From Cytophagales bacterium (GTDB lineage Bacteria > Bacteroidota > Bacteroidia > Cytophagales > Cyclobacteriaceae): a DNA stretch of 64,000 nt. How positions within the stretch are numbered: position 1 is the stretch's first letter; every line of letters begins with the position of its first letter. Position numbers and translations under genes: made by a program. Positions 60,698 to 64,000 of this stretch are shown in pieces. The notes under the pieces are model-generated. The model was not told the origin of the DNA, searched no databases, and saw only the letters and a list, made by a program, of their open reading frames with translations. The DNA is taken from positions 27 through 64,026 of the forward strand of contig JANYHW010000006.1 in NCBI GenBank assembly GCA_025358885.1, given 5' to 3'.

Positions 60698-62992
60698 ATG
60701 AGGACATTGCTATTTGCTTCATTGATTCTATTCAGCATCCCTAGTCATGCCCAAAAGGTTGCCGTGGTAATGAGCGGAGGCGCAGCAAAAGGCATTGCAC
60801 ACATCGGTGTGCTGAAAGCTCTGGAGGAGAATGAAATTCCCATTGACTATGTGGTGGGAACTTCAATGGGAGGCATCATCGCGGGATGCTATGCGGCAGG
60901 AATGAGCCCGGAAGAAATAGAAGACACCATGCTCAGGGACAACCTTCTTCGCTGGATCAATGGGCAGTTGGAGGACGGATACAATTACTACTACAATAAG
61001 AATGACATCCATCCTTCATTCGTAAGGCTTAATCTTTCTCTTGACTCCACCCACAATTTTAATTTCAATACCAGTATTGCCAATGATCTCTCTCTGAACT
61101 TTGCCATGGCGGAAAGAATGGCACAACCTTCGGCCATTGCCAATGGTAACTTTGACAGTCTCTTTGTACCCTTGCGGGTTGTGGCGGCAGAAATTTTTAC
61201 GCAACATGAAGTTATTCTGAAGGGTGGTCAGCTGGCTGATGCCCTTCGGGCTACACAAACTGTCCCGTTTTTTTACGATCCAATTCGTGTCGATGGTAAA
61301 TACCTGTTTGATGGTGGCGTGTACAACAATTTTCCAGTAGATGTCGCCCAAAAGGAATTCAGTCCTGACGTCATAATCGGCAGCAATGTGTCGAGCAAGA
61401 TTTATGATGAGTATCCAAAGGATGAAGACGACAAGCTTATATCGCGTTCCCTTCTCTACTTGTTGTTGGATAAATCCGACCCTCAGGATGTGCCTGCTTC
61501 GGGCGTGTATATTCAACCTAACCTGAAAAACTTCACGGGCTTTGACTTTGCCAGAGCCAAGGCCCTCATCGACAGCGGCTATGCCCAAACAATGAGGATG
61601 ATGCCGGAGATAAAGGCCAAGATCGCTGCACGCCGCACCTGCGAAGAGGTGGCTACAACCCGGAACCACTTTAATAACCGTACCAGCGCTTTGCTGGTGG
61701 ACCGCATCACCATGACCGGTTTTTCCAACAACCAGCAGCGGTATATCAACCGGTTCTTTAATAGTGGGAAAAGACCTTTGTACCTCAATGACGTAAAATC
61801 CGGATATTATCGCCTGGTGTCGGAGAACTATTTTAAAAATGTATACCCTAGTTTTTCTTTCAACCATTCCAACAGTCGGTTTAGCTTTCAACTCGCCCGA
61901 CGACCCAGTAATAATTTTCAGGTAGACTTTGGAGGTGTTATTGCGACAAGAAACATTAGCAACATTTTTCTTGGGTTGAATTATTACTACTTTAATCGCA
62001 TTCTCACCCACGCCAGCGCGAACTTCTCTACCGGCAGTTTTTACAAATCCGGGCAACTGAAGGCCCGATTGGACTTTCCGGGATTTGGTCAATTCTATAT
62101 AGAACCTGAAGCGACATTTAACAGTTGGGATTACGTAGAAGGCGGAGACATTATTGTTAAGAAGTCCAACTCGACCATCCTGAATCGAATTGACCGAAAA
62201 CTCGGTGTGAGCGTGGGGATTCCAGTCGGGAGACAATTCAAGGCCTCATTCGAGTCGGCGTACATCAGCAACAACGATAATTACATTGATCAGGATGTGC
62301 TTGTTTCAACCGACACCCTTGACGAACTAATTCTGACGGGGGGAAGATATGGGTTCCACCTTTCCACCAATACCCTCAATCGAAAGCAATATGCTTCTGA
62401 AGGTAAGGCATACTACTTTGCAGTGGATTATTTCAACCTGGATGAAAACCTGAACCCTGGAACCACCTCTACGCTGAGAAGTACCAAAGTGGAGGAGAAT
62501 CAGCGGTCCTGGTTTCGTGGCACAATGATCCTTGAACAATATTTCAGGAAAGGCATCTACAGTTCCGGGTATTACTTTCATACAGTCCTTTCCAATCAAC
62601 CTCTCTTTGCCAACTACTATGGCACCATCATTAATGCTCCCGGTTTTTTCCCGCTTCAGGACAGCAGAACCATGATGCTCCCGAATTTCCGGGCATTTAA
62701 CTTTGTGGCGGGAGGATGGCGTAACGTTTTTTCGGTACGGAAAAACCTTGATTTCCGGCTTGAAGGATACCTTTTCAAACCCCTTCAGGCCATTGTGCAG
62801 GGTGTTAATCAGGAACCTGCGTTTACCGACGAGATTACCAAGTTCTACTTCGCGGGTACTGCCGGGCTTGTCCTGCACTCCACCGTAGGCCCTATCAGTC
62901 TTAGCGTCAATTATTATGACGACAAGAAAAATCAGCTGGGCGTACTTCTCCATATTGGCTTCTTGTTGTTCAATAAGACTTCAATGGAGTAA
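60698..62992 (+). CDS. Patatin-like phospholipase with C-terminal beta-barrel (PlpD-like)
   Basis: Signal peptide; GGAAKG, GTSMG and DGG motifs; C-terminal amphipathic strands. Confidence 0.9.
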   Translation: MRTLLFASLILFSIPSHAQKVAVVMSGGAAKGIAHIGVLKALEENEIPIDYVVGTSMGGIIAGCYAAGMSPEEIEDTMLRDNLLRWINGQLEDGYNYYYNKNDIHPSFVRLNLSLDSTHNFNFNTSIANDLSLNFAMAERMAQPSAIANGNFDSLFVPLRVVAAEIFTQHEVILKGGQLADALRATQTVPFFYDPIRVDGKYLFDGGVYNNFPVDVAQKEFSPDVIIGSNVSSKIYDEYPKDEDDKLISRSLLYLLLDKSDPQDVPASGVYIQPNLKNFTGFDFARAKALIDSGYAQTMRMMPEIKAKIAARRTCEEVATTRNHFNNRTSALLVDRITMTGFSNNQQRYINRFFNSGKRPLYLNDVKSGYYRLVSENYFKNVYPSFSFNHSNSRFSFQLARRPSNNFQVDFGGVIATRNISNIFLGLNYYYFNRILTHASANFSTGSFYKSGQLKARLDFPGFGQFYIEPEATFNSWDYVEGGDIIVKKSNSTILNRIDRKLGVSVGIPVGRQFKASFESAYISNNDNYIDQDVLVSTDTLDELILTGGRYGFHLSTNTLNRKQYASEGKAYYFAVDYFNLDENLNPGTTSTLRSTKVEENQRSWFRGTMILEQYFRKGIYSSGYYFHTVLSNQPLFANYYGTIINAPGFFPLQDSRTMMLPNFRAFNFVAGGWRNVFSVRKNLDFRLEGYLFKPLQAIVQGVNQEPAFTDEITKFYFAGTAGLVLHSTVGPISLSVNYYDDKKNQLGVLLHIGFLLFNKTSME

Positions 62993-62999
62993 AATAGGC

Positions 63000-63007
63000 T
63001 ATATTTG
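63000..63007 (+). promoter_or_regulatory. -7 element TATATTTG for the last gene
   Basis: Exact TAnnTTTG match about 100 nt upstream of the ATG at 63108. Confidence 0.45.
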
Positions 63008-63107
63008 GCCCCAATTTTAAAATAGTTGGGTTCTTCGATGGAAGTTATCCTATTTAAAATTTTAATTAAGTTTAGCCTTTGATTCTTACCTCAACGATCA
63101 CGCACTC

Positions 63108-64000
63108 ATGAAGAGATATATACCCCTTCTCATGGCATTCATCTTTGCCGGTTATCAGGCAAACAGCCAGGTTGTACAATGGGCATCTAAAGTCATCGGC
63201 TTTTCAACCGAACTAACCCCCGTACAATATTCTGCCGAACAGGCATTGGGAAAGCCAAATGTGCTGAGTAAAGGTCAGTTGACCGGAGGGCAGAATCCGA
63301 ATGCCTGGACACCAGATAAGCCCAAGCGTCAGGAGTTTTTGAAACTTGGGTATGCAAACCCCATGCAAATCCAGCAAATTGCCATTGCGGAATCCCATAA
63401 TCCAAGCGCACTTTTCAAAGTGTATGTGTATGATGAAAAAGGTACAGAGCATTTAATACGGAGTTTTAACCCGAGCCCAGTTCCATTGAAGGGCAGAATG
63501 CTTAATGTGGTGTTTGAAAAGACACCATATAAGGTGGCCGCCGTTAAGCTGGAATTTGATGGTGAAGCCCTTGCTGATTATTTCTCCATAGATGCAGTTG
63601 CTATCTCTGATACAGGCATTCCCATTATTGCCGATATATCCATCCCCGAGATGCTTAGCAAAGGGCTGGATGTTGAACAACTGGACAAAAACGTGAACAG
63701 CGAATATAGCGAAATGAACCCTTTGCTTTCTCCTGATGGAAAGATGCTTTACTTTTCAAGAAAGAATCATCCTGACAATATGGGTGGTGTTACCGACAAG
63801 GAAGATATATGGTATTCCGAGTTGGGCCCGGATGGCAAATGGGGCTTGGCAAAGAACATGGGACCACAATTCAATAACTCAGGACCAAATTTTGTCAATG
63901 CCGTTGCCTCTACTCCGGATGGTCAATCCGTATTGATATTGGGAAACAAGTATTTACCTAATGGCAAGATGCTGGCGGGCGTGTCAATGAGTACCAACAT
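63108..64000 (+). CDS. Secreted PD40/WD40-repeat protein, probably OmpA-family (runs off the window)
   Basis: Manual translation MKRYIPLL..QVVQWASKV..NSEYSEMNPLLSPDGKMLYFSR..DIWYS. The OmpA C-terminus is inferred and would lie outside the window. Confidence 0.8.
   Translation, partial: MKRYIPLLMAFIFAGYQANSQVVQWASKVIGFSTELTPVQYSAEQALGKPNVLSKGQLTGGQNPNAWTPDKPKRQEFLKLGYANPMQIQQIAIAESHNPSALFKVYVYDEKGTEHLIRSFNPSPVPLKGRMLNVVFEKTPYKVAAVKLEFDGEALADYFSIDAVAISDTGIPIIADISIPEMLSKGLDVEQLDKNVNSEYSEMNPLLSPDGKMLYFSRKNHPDNMGGVTDKEDIWYSELGPDGKWGLAKNMGPQFNNSGPNFVNAVASTPDGQSVLILGNKYLPNGKMLAGVSMSTN

Noticed and set aside
61016-62236. 406-aa - strand ORF (also 62327..62953)
   Set aside because: Lies wholly antisense to the well-supported patatin gene and has no motifs.

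Overview
Mostly core-genome DNA from a Bacteroidota bacterium, probably Cytophagales. This is inferred from TAnnTTTG/TTTG promoters, AT-rich start contexts and the gene repertoire. Housekeeping genes include radA (5' part), a lipid A acyltransferase, SNF2 helicase, a LolC/E-type permease, rbfA, rpiB, tatC, glyA, gdhA, lptB, recJ, fumC, gltBD and dsbD, together with many secreted or periplasmic hydrolases. No rRNA, tRNA or CRISPR array was recognised. Most notable observations: (1) three tandem secreted M14 carboxypeptidase paralogs with Ca-binding Dx[DN]xDG loops, the middle one with HxxE changed to ExxH and lacking the other catalytic residues, next to an M20 dipeptidase and a VPS10/BNR protein; (2) an AT-rich intergenic region near 19.8-20.0 kb with clustered DnaA-box matches, a candidate oriC or DnaA-binding locus; (3) a decayed ~1.8 kb island with an IS21 remnant, an FxLYD gene and an in-frame chimera with a truncated RDD gene; (4) an epimerase whose Rossmann motif requires an ATA start; (5) a structured 5' leader on a lemA-less TPM pair; (6) a collagen-like secreted protein whose stop overlaps the recJ start. 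Family assignments come from motif recognition by eye; no database searches were run.
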